This document shows positions 18,195 to 27,915 of a DNA stretch of 64,000 nt, in pieces (within the stretch, counting starts at the first letter, position 1; every line of letters starts with the position of its first letter). The stretch covers positions 239 to 64,238 of the forward strand of contig CAIXGU010000228.1 in NCBI GenBank assembly GCA_903919045.1, read 5' to 3'. The position numbers and the translations under genes are program-made. Source of the stretch: an uncultured Eubacteriales bacterium. GTDB lineage: Bacteria; Bacillota; Clostridia; Saccharofermentanales; UBA5734. The notes under the pieces were generated by a model that worked only from the letters and a program-made list of their open reading frames with translations, was not told where the DNA came from and ran no database searches.

Positions 18195-20129
18195 TCAGCG
18201 CGCCCCCTTGTCCGCGCGGAGCCGGCGGAGGAGATCGGCGAGCGACGCGGCGTCCATCGATTCCTGCCGGTAGAGCTGCTCGCGGGTCCCCTGATGCAGC
18301 GGCAGGTCGCGGCAGGCGGCGCGTGCGACGAGCGCCGGGATCCCGTCGGCCTCCAAGGCGGCCAGGAAGGCCTGCCCGAAGCCGCCCGCCTCGGTGCCGT
18401 CCTCGGCGACGAGCACGGCGCCGGTGCGGCGCACGGCCTCGCCGAGGGCCTTGCGATTGAAGGGCTTGACCCGTCGGACGTCGAGGACGTCCACGGAGAT
18501 GCCTTCCTTCTCGAGCGCTCCAGCGGCTTCGAGGGCGCGTTCCGCCATCGTGCCCACGCAGACGGCGGTGACGTCGACGTCGACGACGGCGCGGAGGCGG
18601 CGCGGGAACGGGAACGGCGCCGACGGGACCTCGTCCGGAAGCAGCGTTTCCCGGCCCTTTCCGCGCGGGTACCGGATCGCGACGGGGCCCTTCGCCTCGG
18701 AGACGGCGTACGCGAGCATCGTCCGCAGCTCGCGGTAGTCGCTCGGCGCGAGGATCTCGAGTCCGGGGACGCTCGCGAGGAACGCGAGGTCGTACAGCCC
18801 CTGGTGGGTCTCTCCGTCCTCCCCGACGATGCCGGCGCGGTCGATCGCGAGGACGAGATGGAGGTCCTGCAGCGCGATGTCGTGGATCACCTGGTCGAAA
18901 GCGCGCTGGAGGAACGTCGAGTAGATCGCGACCACCGGCACGAGGCCGACCGCGGCCATCCCGGCGGCCATCGACAGGGCGTGCTGCTCGGCGATGCCGA
19001 CATCGAAGAAGCGCGAAGGGAAGCGTTCGGCGAACGAGTCGAGGCCCGTCCCGATGCGCATCGCGGCGGAGACGGCGACGACCTCGGGGTGCGTCGCGGC
19101 GAGGTCCGCGAGAGCGTACCCGAACACGTCGGAGAACGAGCCGGCAGCGGCCGGGGCGGTCGCGGAGGCGCCGGCCGCGGTCGATGAGCCGTTCTTCCCG
19201 CCCACGCCGTTCTCGACGACGAACGGGGCGACCCCGTGGTAGACGTCCGGATTGATCTCCGCGTACTCGTAGCCTCGACCCTTCTGCGTCACGACATGGA
19301 GGAGGACGGGGCCCTTCATCGCACGCACCGCCGCGAGGTGCCGCTCGAGCTCGGCGAGGTCGTGCCCGTCGACCGGCCCGTAGTATCGGTACCCGAAGTC
19401 CTCGAAAACGACTTTCCGCGAGCGGATGAGCGTGCGCCCGGTCATCTTCGCGAATTCCCACGCGCGGGCGAGGAAGCGGCCGACGAGCGGCACGCGCTTC
19501 AGCGACGCGTCGACCCGGCCCCTCAGGCGGCGGTAGCGCGGCGAGATGCGGATGCTCTCCAGGTGCTTGGACAGGCTCCCGACGTTGCGGTTGATCGACA
19601 TCTGGTTGTCGTTGAGGACGACGAGGAGGTCCTCGCCCGCCTGGCCGCCATCGTTCAGCGCCTCGAGGGCGACGCCGCCCGTGAGAGCGCCGTCCCCGAT
19701 CACGGCCACGGCCCGGGCCGGCCGGCCCTGGATCCGCGCCGCGCGGCACATGCCGAGCGCGACCGAGATCGACGTGCTGCTGTGGCCCGTGTTGAAGGCG
19801 TCGTAGGGGCTCTCCTCCCGCTTCGGGAAGCCGGAAAGGCCGTCCTTCCGACGCAGCGTCGGGAAGGCGGCGCAGCGTCCCGTGAGCATCTTGTAGGCGT
19901 AGGTCTGGTGCCCGACGTCCCAGACGATCGGCGTCTCGATCGGGTCGAATCCGCGCAGGAGCGCGATCGTCAGCTCGACGACGCCGAGGTTCGAGGCCAG
20001 ATGCCCACCGTTGGTCGCGACCGTCGCGAGGATGCGGCGGCGGATCTCCTCGGCGAGCGCCGGCAGCTCCTTCGCCGGAAGCGCCGCGACGTCCGAGGGG
20101 CACTGGATCCTGTCGAGGATGCCGTCCAT
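18195..20129 (-). CDS. dxs: 1-deoxy-D-xylulose-5-phosphate synthase
   Basis: 644 aa with GGHLASNLG, the thiamine-diphosphate motif GDGALTGG...NDN, and transketolase-like central and C-terminal domains. Confidence 0.95.
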   Translation of the reverse strand: MDGILDRIQCPSDVAALPAKELPALAEEIRRRILATVATNGGHLASNLGVVELTIALLRGFDPIETPIVWDVGHQTYAYKMLTGRCAAFPTLRRKDGLSGFPKREESPYDAFNTGHSSTSISVALGMCRAARIQGRPARAVAVIGDGALTGGVALEALNDGGQAGEDLLVVLNDNQMSINRNVGSLSKHLESIRISPRYRRLRGRVDASLKRVPLVGRFLARAWEFAKMTGRTLIRSRKVVFEDFGYRYYGPVDGHDLAELERHLAAVRAMKGPVLLHVVTQKGRGYEYAEINPDVYHGVAPFVVENGVGGKNGSSTAAGASATAPAAAGSFSDVFGYALADLAATHPEVVAVSAAMRIGTGLDSFAERFPSRFFDVGIAEQHALSMAAGMAAVGLVPVVAIYSTFLQRAFDQVIHDIALQDLHLVLAIDRAGIVGEDGETHQGLYDLAFLASVPGLEILAPSDYRELRTMLAYAVSEAKGPVAIRYPRGKGRETLLPDEVPSAPFPFPRRLRAVVDVDVTAVCVGTMAERALEAAGALEKEGISVDVLDVRRVKPFNRKALGEAVRRTGAVLVAEDGTEAGGFGQAFLAALEADGIPALVARAACRDLPLHQGTREQLYRQESMDAASLADLLRRLRADKGAR

Positions 20130-20139
20130 GCGCTCTCCC

Positions 20140-21075
20140 CTACTTCCGGCGCTCGAGCTGGTAGCGCACGAGCCCGCGCAGGAACTCGGGATCGAAGCCC
20201 TCGCGCTCGAGGTCGTCGAGCGCCTCGGACGCGCGCCGGGACTCCTCGGCGAGCCGCACGGACGCGCCGTCCGCGCCGAAGAGCGTGACGAACGTGGTCT
20301 TGCCCGCCTTCGCGTCCTTTCCGGGCGTCTTCCCGATCTCCGCGGCCTCGGCCGTCACGTCGAGCAGGTCGTCCTTGATCTGGAACGCGAGCCCGAGCGC
20401 CGAGGCGAAGCGCGAGACGGCGTCGCGCGCCGCGTCGGGAGCGCCGGCGAGGTGGGCCGCCGCGACCGCGGGTGCGCGCAGCAGGGCGCCCGTCTTCATC
20501 CGGTGCATCGCCTCGAGCGAGGCGGCGTCGAGCGCGCGCCCCTCCCCGGCGACGTCGACGGTCTGCCCGCCGACCATCCCGAGGTGTCCGGCCGCCCGGG
20601 CGATCTCCGCCTGCGCGCGCAAGGCGCCGGCGATGCCGCCGGGCACGCTCCGGGCGCCGTCGGCCGTCTCGAGGCAGGCCCGGGCCATCGTCTCGTACGC
20701 GAGATTGAGCAGCGCGTCGCCGGCGAGCACGGCCACCGCCTCGCCGTAGACCTTGTGGCAGGTCGGGCGCCCGCGCCGGAAGTCGTCGTCGTCCATGCAG
20801 GGAAGGTCGTCATGGATCAGCGAATACGTGTGGATCATCTCCAGCGCGCTGGCGTACGGAAGCGCCGCCTCCGGAGGGCAGCCCAGCAGGCGCGCCGTCG
20901 CAAGGGCCAGGACGGGCCGGATGCGCTTGCCGCCGGCGAGCAGGCTGTACCGGGCCGCCTCCGCCACGAGCGGGGCCGGGTGCGGGCCGGGAACGGCGAA
21001 CGCTTCCGCGAGGGCCTTCTCGACGAAGTCCGCGAGGCACGCGTAGTCGTCCCGGAACTCCTGGGCGTCCGGCAT
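20140..21075 (-). CDS. ispA: Polyprenyl diphosphate synthase (farnesyl/geranylgeranyl diphosphate synthase)
   Basis: 311 aa with the first Asp-rich motif LIHDDLPCMDDDDFRRG and the second motif FQIKDDLLD. Confidence 0.9.
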   Translation of the reverse strand: MPDAQEFRDDYACLADFVEKALAEAFAVPGPHPAPLVAEAARYSLLAGGKRIRPVLALATARLLGCPPEAALPYASALEMIHTYSLIHDDLPCMDDDDFRRGRPTCHKVYGEAVAVLAGDALLNLAYETMARACLETADGARSVPGGIAGALRAQAEIARAAGHLGMVGGQTVDVAGEGRALDAASLEAMHRMKTGALLRAPAVAAAHLAGAPDAARDAVSRFASALGLAFQIKDDLLDVTAEAAEIGKTPGKDAKAGKTTFVTLFGADGASVRLAEESRRASEALDDLEREGFDPEFLRGLVRYQLERRK

Positions 21076-21078
21076 CGG

Positions 21079-21309
21079 TCAGCTCTCCCGCTCCGCGAAC
21101 GGGGCCTCGGCCAGACCGCCTTCCGGGGTCCCGACGAGCTGCACGATCCTTTTCTCCGTCTCGTCGAGCTTCTTCGCGCACAGCTTGGACAGCTCGACCC
21201 CGCGCTGGAACAGCGCGATCGACTCGTCCAGGGTGGGTTCCCCGGACTCCATGCGCCGCACGAGCGCCTCGAGCTCCTTCATCGCTTCCTCGAACGTCAT
21301 CTCCGCCAT
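21079..21309 (-). CDS. xseB: Exodeoxyribonuclease VII small subunit
   Basis: 76 aa with FEEAMKELEALVRRME...LDESIALFQRG. Confidence 0.9.
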   Translation of the reverse strand: MAEMTFEEAMKELEALVRRMESGEPTLDESIALFQRGVELSKLCAKKLDETEKRIVQLVGTPEGGLAEAPFAERES

Positions 21310-21343
21310 CGGGCACCCTCCCGGACCGGTCCCGCCGGTCCCG

Positions 21344-22564
21344 TCAACCTTCCGCCGGCGCGCCGCCGCGCACCGTCCGCACCTCGCAGCCGAGCACGCC
21401 GTCCCGCAGGACCACGTCGAGCCGGTCTCCCGGCCGCGCGGCTTCCGCCGACGTCACGGGGCGCCCGGTCGCGGGATCCGTCACGAGCCCGTAGCCCCGC
21501 GACAGGACCTTCAGCGGGCTCAGCGCGTCCAGCTTCGCAGCCAGCGCCGATACGCGGCCCCGTTCGGTCGCGCTCCGCTTCCCGAGGGCCGCCGCCATGC
21601 TCCGGGCCGCCTGGTCGAGCCGCATGCGGCGCCGCTCGATTCCCTCGAGCGGACGCACGAAGGCGGCGCTGGCCATCGCCCGGCCGAGCCGCATCCTCGA
21701 CACCTCGAGCCGGCGGTCCAAACCCTTCGCGAGACGGTGCCGGAAGTCGCGCACGGACGCGTGCAGATCGGCCTTCACCGGCATCACGAGCTCGGCGGCC
21801 GCCGACGGCGTCGCCGCGCGCACGTCCGCGACGAAGTCGCAGATCGTGAAGTCCGTCTCGTGCCCGACGGCGGACACGACCGGGATCCGCGACGCGGCGA
21901 TCGCCCGCGCGAGCCCCTCGTCGTTGAACGCCCACAGGTCCTCCATCGAACCGCCGCCCCGGCCGACGATGATCACGTCGACGTCGCCCCGCGCGTTGAA
22001 GGTCCGCACCGCTTCCGCAATCTCCGATGCGGCGCCGGGGCCCTGCACGGGCACGGGGATCAATGTCAGGCGGAAGTTCGGGAACCGGCGTCCGAGGACC
22101 GTGAGGATGTCGCGGATCACGGCGCCCGACGGCGAGGTCGCCACGCCGACGGTCCGCGGCAGGAACGGCAGCGGCTTCTTCCGGTCCGCATCGAACAGGC
22201 CCTCGTCCGCGAGTCGCTTCTTCCGCTGCTCGAAGGCGAGGAAAAGGTCGCCGACGCCGTCGGCGCCCATCTCGGAGACGATCAGCTGGTACTTCCCGCT
22301 CTGCTCGTACAGGGACGCGCGCGCCGTGACGACGACCCGAAGGCCGTCGGAAACCGCGAACCGCAGCCCCTGTGCGCTCGAGCGGAACATCACGCAGGAC
22401 ACCGAAGCTTCCTCGTCCTTCAGGGAGAAGTACAGGTGCCCCGACGGATAGGCCTTGAACCCGGACACCTCGCCCTTCACGAGCACGGAGGAAAGACGCG
22501 CGTCGGACTCGAGGAGGCCCTTCACGTAACGATTGAGCTCGGAGACGGACAGGGGCGCGCTCAT
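21344..22564 (-). CDS. xseA: Exodeoxyribonuclease VII large subunit
   Basis: The ATG at 22562-22564 overlaps the nusB stop (ATGA). The N-terminus is an OB fold (SVSELNRYVKGLLE...VKGEVSGF), and RGGGS and GHETD motifs are present. Confidence 0.92.
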   Translation of the reverse strand: MSAPLSVSELNRYVKGLLESDARLSSVLVKGEVSGFKAYPSGHLYFSLKDEEASVSCVMFRSSAQGLRFAVSDGLRVVVTARASLYEQSGKYQLIVSEMGADGVGDLFLAFEQRKKRLADEGLFDADRKKPLPFLPRTVGVATSPSGAVIRDILTVLGRRFPNFRLTLIPVPVQGPGAASEIAEAVRTFNARGDVDVIIVGRGGGSMEDLWAFNDEGLARAIAASRIPVVSAVGHETDFTICDFVADVRAATPSAAAELVMPVKADLHASVRDFRHRLAKGLDRRLEVSRMRLGRAMASAAFVRPLEGIERRRMRLDQAARSMAAALGKRSATERGRVSALAAKLDALSPLKVLSRGYGLVTDPATGRPVTSAEAARPGDRLDVVLRDGVLGCEVRTVRGGAPAEG

Positions 22565-22965
22565 CGATCCTCGGCCGGAGCAAGCTTCCCGAGCACGGCG
22601 TTGATGTAGCCCCGCGACTCCTCGGCCGCGTACTTGCGCGCGAGCTCGACGGCCTCGTTCACGGCCACGCTGAAGGGCACGTCCTTCCGCCGGGTGATCT
22701 CGAACGCGGCGATGCGAAGGATCGTGAGGTCGACGCGCGGCAGGCGGTTCGCCGTCCACCCCTTGAGGTGCACGGAGAACGCCGCGTCGAGCTCGGCGCG
22801 GGAGGACGCGACGCCGCGGACCACCTCCAGGAAGTAATCGCGCTCCTTCGGGTCGACCGCGTAGTCCTGCAGGAAGCCCTCGATCTGGGTCTCTTCCTCG
22901 CCACGCTGGAATTCCATCTGGTAGAGCAGCTTGAAAGCGGATTCGCGCGCTGCGCGTCGTCCCAT
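22561..22965 (-). CDS. nusB: Transcription antitermination factor NusB
   Basis: 134 aa with RRAARESAFKLLYQ and AVLGKL. Confidence 0.92.
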   Translation of the reverse strand: MGRRAARESAFKLLYQMEFQRGEEETQIEGFLQDYAVDPKERDYFLEVVRGVASSRAELDAAFSVHLKGWTANRLPRVDLTILRIAAFEITRRKDVPFSVAVNEAVELARKYAAEESRGYINAVLGKLAPAEDR

Positions 22966-22975
22966 CGGGTTCCTC

Positions 22976-23221
22976 CTACCGGAAACGTCCGGGCGGGAGC
23001 AGGCGGTCCAGCAGGTCGCGGATCTCCTTGCGGTTCGAGAAGAAGCGGCGGCCGATGTAGTACCCGGCGGCCGAGAGCACGAGCAGGAACAGCGTCTTCA
23101 GGACCCCGAAGAGGATCAGCGACAGGGCGAGGCCGAATCCCGCCAGCGCGCCGATCCAGCCGGAGCGGCTCTCGCCGGGACGGTTCGATCCGTCTGCGGT
23201 CCCGCCTTGCTTCGCGTCCAT
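22976..23221 (-). CDS. DUF2273-type small integral membrane protein
   Basis: 81 aa with two TM helices. It sits in the asp23-amaP-DUF2273 arrangement typical of Firmicutes. Confidence 0.7.
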   Translation of the reverse strand: MDAKQGGTADGSNRPGESRSGWIGALAGFGLALSLILFGVLKTLFLLVLSAAGYYIGRRFFSNRKEIRDLLDRLLPPGRFR

Positions 23222-23228
23222 CCCGGAC

Positions 23229-23783
23229 CTACCGCTCGACGCGCGCGGCGACCGGCTCCACGCGGGTGACCTTCACGGAAACGGCGGAGACGGGAATCGC
23301 CGTGTACCGCTCGATGTCCTTCTTGATGCGCTCCTGGACCTTCGACATCATCGCGGGGATCTCGACGTCCGAATAGAGGATCGCGTTCAGGCGGATCGTG
23401 AGGCGTCCGCCCTTCACCGACGCGACGCGCGCCTTCGCCTGCTTGATGCCGCACTGGGCGGTCTTCGCCGAGTTGAGGGCGATGCTCTCGATCGCGTCGA
23501 CGTCGATGTCGATCACGCCGACGTCGTTGCTGCGGATGCGGGTGCGGCGCAGGCGGTCGCTCTGCAGGCCGTAGACGAGGAATCCGGCGCTCGACGCGAA
23601 GAGGAACACCGACACGCCGAACACGAGCCAGCGCGCCACGGGCGACGCGAGGATCTGCGTGTACATCAGCATGTAGATGCCGGCCAGCATCTCCTGGTTC
23701 AGGGTGACCAGGATCAGGACGACCGAGATCACGGACAGGAAGAACGCGTAGGTCGTGAGCGCGATCTTCAGGATTCGGTTCAT
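23229..23783 (-). CDS. amaP: Alkaline shock response membrane anchor protein AmaP
   Basis: 184 aa with two N-terminal TM helices. It is coupled to the Asp23 gene by a 4-nt overlap. Confidence 0.72.
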   Translation of the reverse strand: MNRILKIALTTYAFFLSVISVVLILVTLNQEMLAGIYMLMYTQILASPVARWLVFGVSVFLFASSAGFLVYGLQSDRLRRTRIRSNDVGVIDIDVDAIESIALNSAKTAQCGIKQAKARVASVKGGRLTIRLNAILYSDVEIPAMMSKVQERIKKDIERYTAIPVSAVSVKVTRVEPVAARVER

Positions 23784-24163
23784 GTCGGCGCCTCCTCTCG
23801 GGAACGGATCCCGACGACGTGCACGTGGACGGCTTCGACCGACAGCCCCGTGAAGCGCTCGACATCGGCCTTCACCCGTTCCTGGACGGCCCAGGCGACT
23901 TCCGGAACGATGCTGCCGAACCAGATCACCGGGTAGATGTGGAGCGTCACGAGGTCCTCGTTCTCGTCATGGTACACGACGGCGACGCCCTTTCCCTCGT
24001 GCTCGACTCCGAGGGCCTCCTTGAAGCCCGCGAGGCCGCCGGGCGAGAGGGCCGCCACGCCGGTCGTCTGCATCGCGGCCTCCGCGGCGTATTGCGCCAC
24101 GAAGCCGCGGGACATCGTGCGTTCGCCCTTCGCGGGCTCGAAACGGTCGCCGCCGGGCTCCAC
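23780..24163 (-). CDS. Asp23/Gls24-family envelope stress protein
   Basis: 127 aa by the track, with a GTG start; an alternative start is the ATG at 24113-24115. Asp23 hallmarks are present: IAAEAA-like AEAAMQTTGV and V.V.V with VQERVKADVERFTGL. Confidence 0.82.
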   Translation of the reverse strand: MEPGGDRFEPAKGERTMSRGFVAQYAAEAAMQTTGVAALSPGGLAGFKEALGVEHEGKGVAVVYHDENEDLVTLHIYPVIWFGSIVPEVAWAVQERVKADVERFTGLSVEAVHVHVVGIRSREEAPT

Positions 24164-24182
24164 GCCGTCGCCTTCCCGCGGG

Positions 24183-24743
24183 TCAGACCCGCTCCATGTA
24201 CTCGCCGGTCCGGGTGTCGATGCGGATCGTCTCGCCCTGGTTGATGAAGAGCGGCACCTTGATCGTCGCGCCGGTCTCCACGGTCGCGAGCTTCGTCGCG
24301 CTCTGGGCGGTGTCGCCCTTGACGCCCGGCTCGCACTCGGTGATCAGCAGCTCGACGAAGATCGGGGGCTCGATGCCGAAGACCTCGCCCTTGTAGGAAA
24401 GGACCTTGCAGACCATGTTCTCCTTGACGTACTTCAACGTGTCGCCGATCTTGGCGGCGCCGATCGGAATCTGGTCGTAGGTCGTGCTGTCCATGAAGTG
24501 GTAGAGGTCGCCGTCGTTGTAGAGGTACGTCATGTCGCGGCGGTCGAGCTGCGCGCGCTCGAACTTGTCGCTGGGGTTGAACGAGCGCTCGACGACGGCG
24601 CCGGTCTTCACGTTGCGGTACTTGGTACGGACGAACGCCGCGCCCTTGCCGGGCTTGACGTGCTGGAACTCCACCACCTGGAACACCTGGCCGTCCATTT
24701 CGAACGATAGGCCGTTCCGGAAATCCCCTGCGCTGATCATCAT
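24183..24743 (-). CDS. efp: Translation elongation factor P
   Basis: 186 aa with [23 protein letters not shown]. Confidence 0.95.
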   Translation of the reverse strand: MMISAGDFRNGLSFEMDGQVFQVVEFQHVKPGKGAAFVRTKYRNVKTGAVVERSFNPSDKFERAQLDRRDMTYLYNDGDLYHFMDSTTYDQIPIGAAKIGDTLKYVKENMVCKVLSYKGEVFGIEPPIFVELLITECEPGVKGDTAQSATKLATVETGATIKVPLFINQGETIRIDTRTGEYMERV

Positions 24744-24861
24744 CTACCTCCTGTGCGGGTCCTGCGGACCCGGCCGAAATCCTAGAATAGTGTAATCGAG
24801 AACGGGGGTGGACGCAACCGCGGCGCACCGTCGCGGCGCGCTCCGCGGGCCTCCGCGCGTC

Positions 24862-25731
24862 TCAGCCGCCCCGGGCCGCCCGCGCGGCGAGCCAGGCGTT
24901 CCGCATGCCGAGGGCGTCGACCGCCTGCGTGTCCCGGGATTCGCAGATCACGGTCGGGTCGAGGTCCATCTCCGCGACCACTTCGGCGAACGGCTCGAAA
25001 TCCGGTCCGAAGCGCGTGTCCGCCATCGTCCAGTGCTGCTTCTCCCCTCCCGCCGTATACTCGATGCGGCTGAAGTGCACGTGCAGGCGGGCGAGCCGCT
25101 CCCGGCCGAGGCCGTCCGCGATCGTGCGGCACGCGCCGCGGAACTGCTCCGGGGTCGCCATCCCGCCCTGCAGGCGGGCGTTCAGGTGGCCGAAGTCGAC
25201 GCACGGGACCAGCCGCTCGTCGATGCGGCACAGGGCGATGACCTCCTCCAGGCTGCCGAGCTGGTTCATCTTGCCCATGACCTCCGGGCAGAGCGTCATC
25301 TCCTTCAGGTATCCCCGCTCGTCCGCCTGCCGGAGCGCCTCCCGGAGCACCGGGACCGCCCGTTCGAGCGCCCCGCCCCGCCCCGAGGCGTCCTTCGCGC
25401 TGCCGGGGTGCATCACGACGCGCGTCGCGCCGAGCCAGCCGGCCGCCTCGCAGCTCTGGAGGATGTAGCCGATGCTGTTCGCGACCTTCTCGGACTCTTC
25501 CGAGGCGAGGTTGATGAAATACGGCGCGTGCACGCTCATGGCGATCCCGTTGGCGCGGGCCTCCGCGCCGATCCGCTCCGCCGTGGGCCGCAGGATCGAG
25601 ACGCCCCGGCCGAACTGGTATTCGTAGGCGTCGAGGCCGAGACCGCGCAGGTAGGCGGGCATCTCGTAGGAATGCTGGGCGCCGGTCGCGTAGAAGCTCT
25701 CGGGATTCCCGGCGGGTCCGAATCGCGGCAT
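24862..25731 (-). CDS. Endonuclease IV-family / xylose-isomerase-like TIM-barrel protein
   Basis: 289 aa with SVHAPYFINLAS, VVMHPGS and CVDFGHLNAR, matching metal-ligand motifs of the AP endonuclease 2 fold. Confidence 0.65.
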   Translation of the reverse strand: MPRFGPAGNPESFYATGAQHSYEMPAYLRGLGLDAYEYQFGRGVSILRPTAERIGAEARANGIAMSVHAPYFINLASEESEKVANSIGYILQSCEAAGWLGATRVVMHPGSAKDASGRGGALERAVPVLREALRQADERGYLKEMTLCPEVMGKMNQLGSLEEVIALCRIDERLVPCVDFGHLNARLQGGMATPEQFRGACRTIADGLGRERLARLHVHFSRIEYTAGGEKQHWTMADTRFGPDFEPFAEVVAEMDLDPTVICESRDTQAVDALGMRNAWLAARAARGG

Positions 25732-25743
25732 CGCGTTCCTCCT

Positions 25744-26298
25744 TCAGGTCCGGCCGTAGAAGCGGCGGCAGCCGTCCGCGCCGAGCGCGCGACGGATCTC
25801 GGCGTGCTCGAGCAGCCGCTTCAGGACGACGTTCGCGGGCTCCCGGGCCGCGACGGGCGGCACCAGGACGGACAGGACGCCGGCGGTGCGGGCGCCGGCG
25901 ATATCGGTGTACAGCTGGTCGCCGAGGAAGAGGGCGCGGTCCGGCGCGGCGCCGAGCAGCGCCAGCGCCTTGCGGTAGGGCGCCGGGGAGGGCTTTCCCG
26001 CACGGGCGACGTACGGGACGCCGAGTGCGCCGCAGAACACCGCCATGCGCCGCTCCCCGGCATTGGAGACGACGGCCGCCGCGATGCCCGCGTCGCGCAG
26101 GCCGCGCATCCACCGCACGACGTCCTCGGGCGGCGTGCGGAGGCCGTGCGGGCCGAGCGTGCCGTCGACGTCGAGGAGGAGCGCGTCGCGTCCGACCGAA
26201 CGGAAGAAAGCCGGCGTCGCGTCGCGGTACGCGGAAGCGAGGAAATCGGGGCCGCGGCGCCAGGCGCGGCCGCGCAGGACGGGAGGTCGCGGATCCAT
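25744..26298 (-). CDS. YqeG-family HAD-IIIA phosphatase
   Basis: Motifs are LLLDVDGTL, VVSNAG and GDQLYTDI. The track ORF extends to 26328, but its first 10 codons overlap a TTGACT/GATACT promoter. I therefore place the start at the ATG at 26296-26298 (possibly leaderless). Confidence 0.78.
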   Translation of the reverse strand: MDPRPPVLRGRAWRRGPDFLASAYRDATPAFFRSVGRDALLLDVDGTLGPHGLRTPPEDVVRWMRGLRDAGIAAAVVSNAGERRMAVFCGALGVPYVARAGKPSPAPYRKALALLGAAPDRALFLGDQLYTDIAGARTAGVLSVLVPPVAAREPANVVLKRLLEHAEIRRALGADGCRRFYGRT

Positions 26299-26304
26299 GG
26301 GTCC

Positions 26305-26333
26305 AGTATCCATGAGGCTCCGCGGCAAGTCAA
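26305..26333 (-). promoter_or_regulatory. SigA-type promoter for the HAD phosphatase gene (TTGACT, 17 nt, GATACT)
   Basis: The reverse complement of 26328-26333 is TTGACT and that of 26305-26310 is GATACT. The ATG at 26298 begins 7 nt after the -10. Confidence 0.5.
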
Positions 26334-26394
26334 TCGAACGGGCGCCGAGCGGAGCGCGGCGCTCCGGAGCGCGCGGAGCGCAAGCGCCGGTCGA

Positions 26395-26423
26395 TTGAAA
26401 AGGCCGGTCCTCTGCACTATAAT
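26395..26423 (+). promoter_or_regulatory. Consensus SigA promoter for lysC (TTGAAA, 17 nt, TATAAT)
   Basis: TTGAAA is at 26395-26400 and TATAAT at 26418-26423. Confidence 0.7.
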
Positions 26424-26483
26424 CGCCCTATTCATTTCACGGCGCGGCCTCCGCGGGGGCCGAGGAAGAGAAGCGAGGAACCC

Positions 26484-27833
26484 ATGAAGGTCTGCAAGTT
26501 CGGCGGCACGTCCCTGGCGAATGCGGAGCAGATCCGCAAGGTCTGCGACATCGTCCTCTCGGACCCCGACCGCCGCCTGGTCGTCGTCTCCGCCCCCGGG
26601 AAGCGCAACAAGGAGGACGCGAAGGTCACCGACCTGCTGATCGCGCTCGCCGAGACCGCCCTCCGCGGCGAGGACCCGGCCGCCGCCCTCGAGGCGGTCG
26701 TCGCCCGCTTCAGCGCGATCGCCGTCGACCTCGGCGTGCACGAGGCCGCCGCCGCGATCGCCGAGGACCTCGCGAAGCGGGTCGCCCTGTCCCGGAACGA
26801 CCGGGGCCGCTACCTCGATTCCCTGAAGGCCGCCGGCGAGGACAACGCGGCGCGCCTCGTCGCCGCCTATCTCCGGAGCGTCGGCGAAGAGGCCCACTAC
26901 GTGGATCCCGGGGAGGCCGGGATGCTGCTCACCGACGAGTTCGGCAATGCGCAGGTGCTGCCGGAGTCGTACGACCGCCTCGCCTCCCTCGCCGAGCGCA
27001 CGGGGCTGCTCTTGTTCCCCGGATTCTTCGGCTATACGCGCGGCGGCGAGGTCGCCACGTTCCCGCGCGGCGGCTCCGACATCACGGGCTCGATCCTTGC
27101 GGCGGCCGTCCGCGCCGAGGTGTACGAGAACTGGACCGACGTCGATTCCGTCTACGCCGTGAACCCCGCGCTCGTCAGCAACCCCCACCCGGTCGCCGAG
27201 ATCACCTACCGGGAGATGCGCGAACTCGCCTACGCCGGCTTCAGCGTCCTGCACGAGGAGGCCCTCTCGCCCGCCTTCCAGCGCGCGATCCCCGTGAACA
27301 TCCGCAACACCAACAACCCGACCGCGAAGGGCACGATGATCGTGAAGACCCGCGGCAACTTCGAGGGCACCGTCACCGGCATCGCCGGCGCGAAGGGGTT
27401 CTGCTCGATCAACATGAGCAAGTATCTCATGAACCGCGAGGTCGGCTTCGTGATGCGGGTCCTCGCGATCCTCGCCGACGAGGGGATCCCCTTCGAGCAC
27501 ATGCCGTCGGGCATCGATTCCCTTTCGATCATCCTGCGCCAGAACGTCTTCCCCGCCGAGAAGGAGCAGGTCGTCCTGCGGCGGCTCCGCGACGAGCTCG
27601 GGATCGAGGACGCGGCCGTCGAGCGAGGCCTGTCGGTCGTCATGCTCGTCGGCGAGGCGATGGCCCACACCGTCGGCGTCACGGCCCGCGCCGCCACGGC
27701 GCTCGCGAAGGCCGGCGTCAACCTGGAGATCATCAACCAGGGCGCGTCGGAGATCAGCGTGATGTTCGGCATCCGCGAGGAATACTGCAACTACGCCGTG
27801 AAGGAGCTCTACAAGGAGTTCTTCCTGAAATAG
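26484..27833 (+). CDS. lysC: Aspartate kinase
   Basis: 449 aa with MKVCKFGGTSLA, VVVSAPGK, and C-terminal ACT repeats. Confidence 0.92.
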   Translation: MKVCKFGGTSLANAEQIRKVCDIVLSDPDRRLVVVSAPGKRNKEDAKVTDLLIALAETALRGEDPAAALEAVVARFSAIAVDLGVHEAAAAIAEDLAKRVALSRNDRGRYLDSLKAAGEDNAARLVAAYLRSVGEEAHYVDPGEAGMLLTDEFGNAQVLPESYDRLASLAERTGLLLFPGFFGYTRGGEVATFPRGGSDITGSILAAAVRAEVYENWTDVDSVYAVNPALVSNPHPVAEITYREMRELAYAGFSVLHEEALSPAFQRAIPVNIRNTNNPTAKGTMIVKTRGNFEGTVTGIAGAKGFCSINMSKYLMNREVGFVMRVLAILADEGIPFEHMPSGIDSLSIILRQNVFPAEKEQVVLRRLRDELGIEDAAVERGLSVVMLVGEAMAHTVGVTARAATALAKAGVNLEIINQGASEISVMFGIREEYCNYAVKELYKEFFLK

Positions 27834-27858
27834 GACCCGCGGTCCTTCGGACAGGAAC

Positions 27859-27900
27859 GAGGCGGTCCCCTGCGCGAGCGCGCGGAGGCCGCCTCTTCTT
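27859..27900 (+). terminator. Intrinsic (probably bidirectional) terminator between convergent lysC and the 27916 gene
   Basis: The stem GAGGCGG (27859-27865) pairs with CCGCCTC (27889-27895) and is followed by TTCTT. Confidence 0.55.
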
Positions 27901-27915
27901 CGTCCTCCCGCCCCG

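Noticed and set aside
26424-26483. Possible lysine riboswitch or T-box in front of aspartate kinase (lysC)
   Set aside because: The predicted 5' UTR from the TATAAT at 26418-26423 to the ATG is only about 55 nt. It contains just a short hairpin and the RBS, which is far too short for an L-box (about 180 nt) or a T-box.
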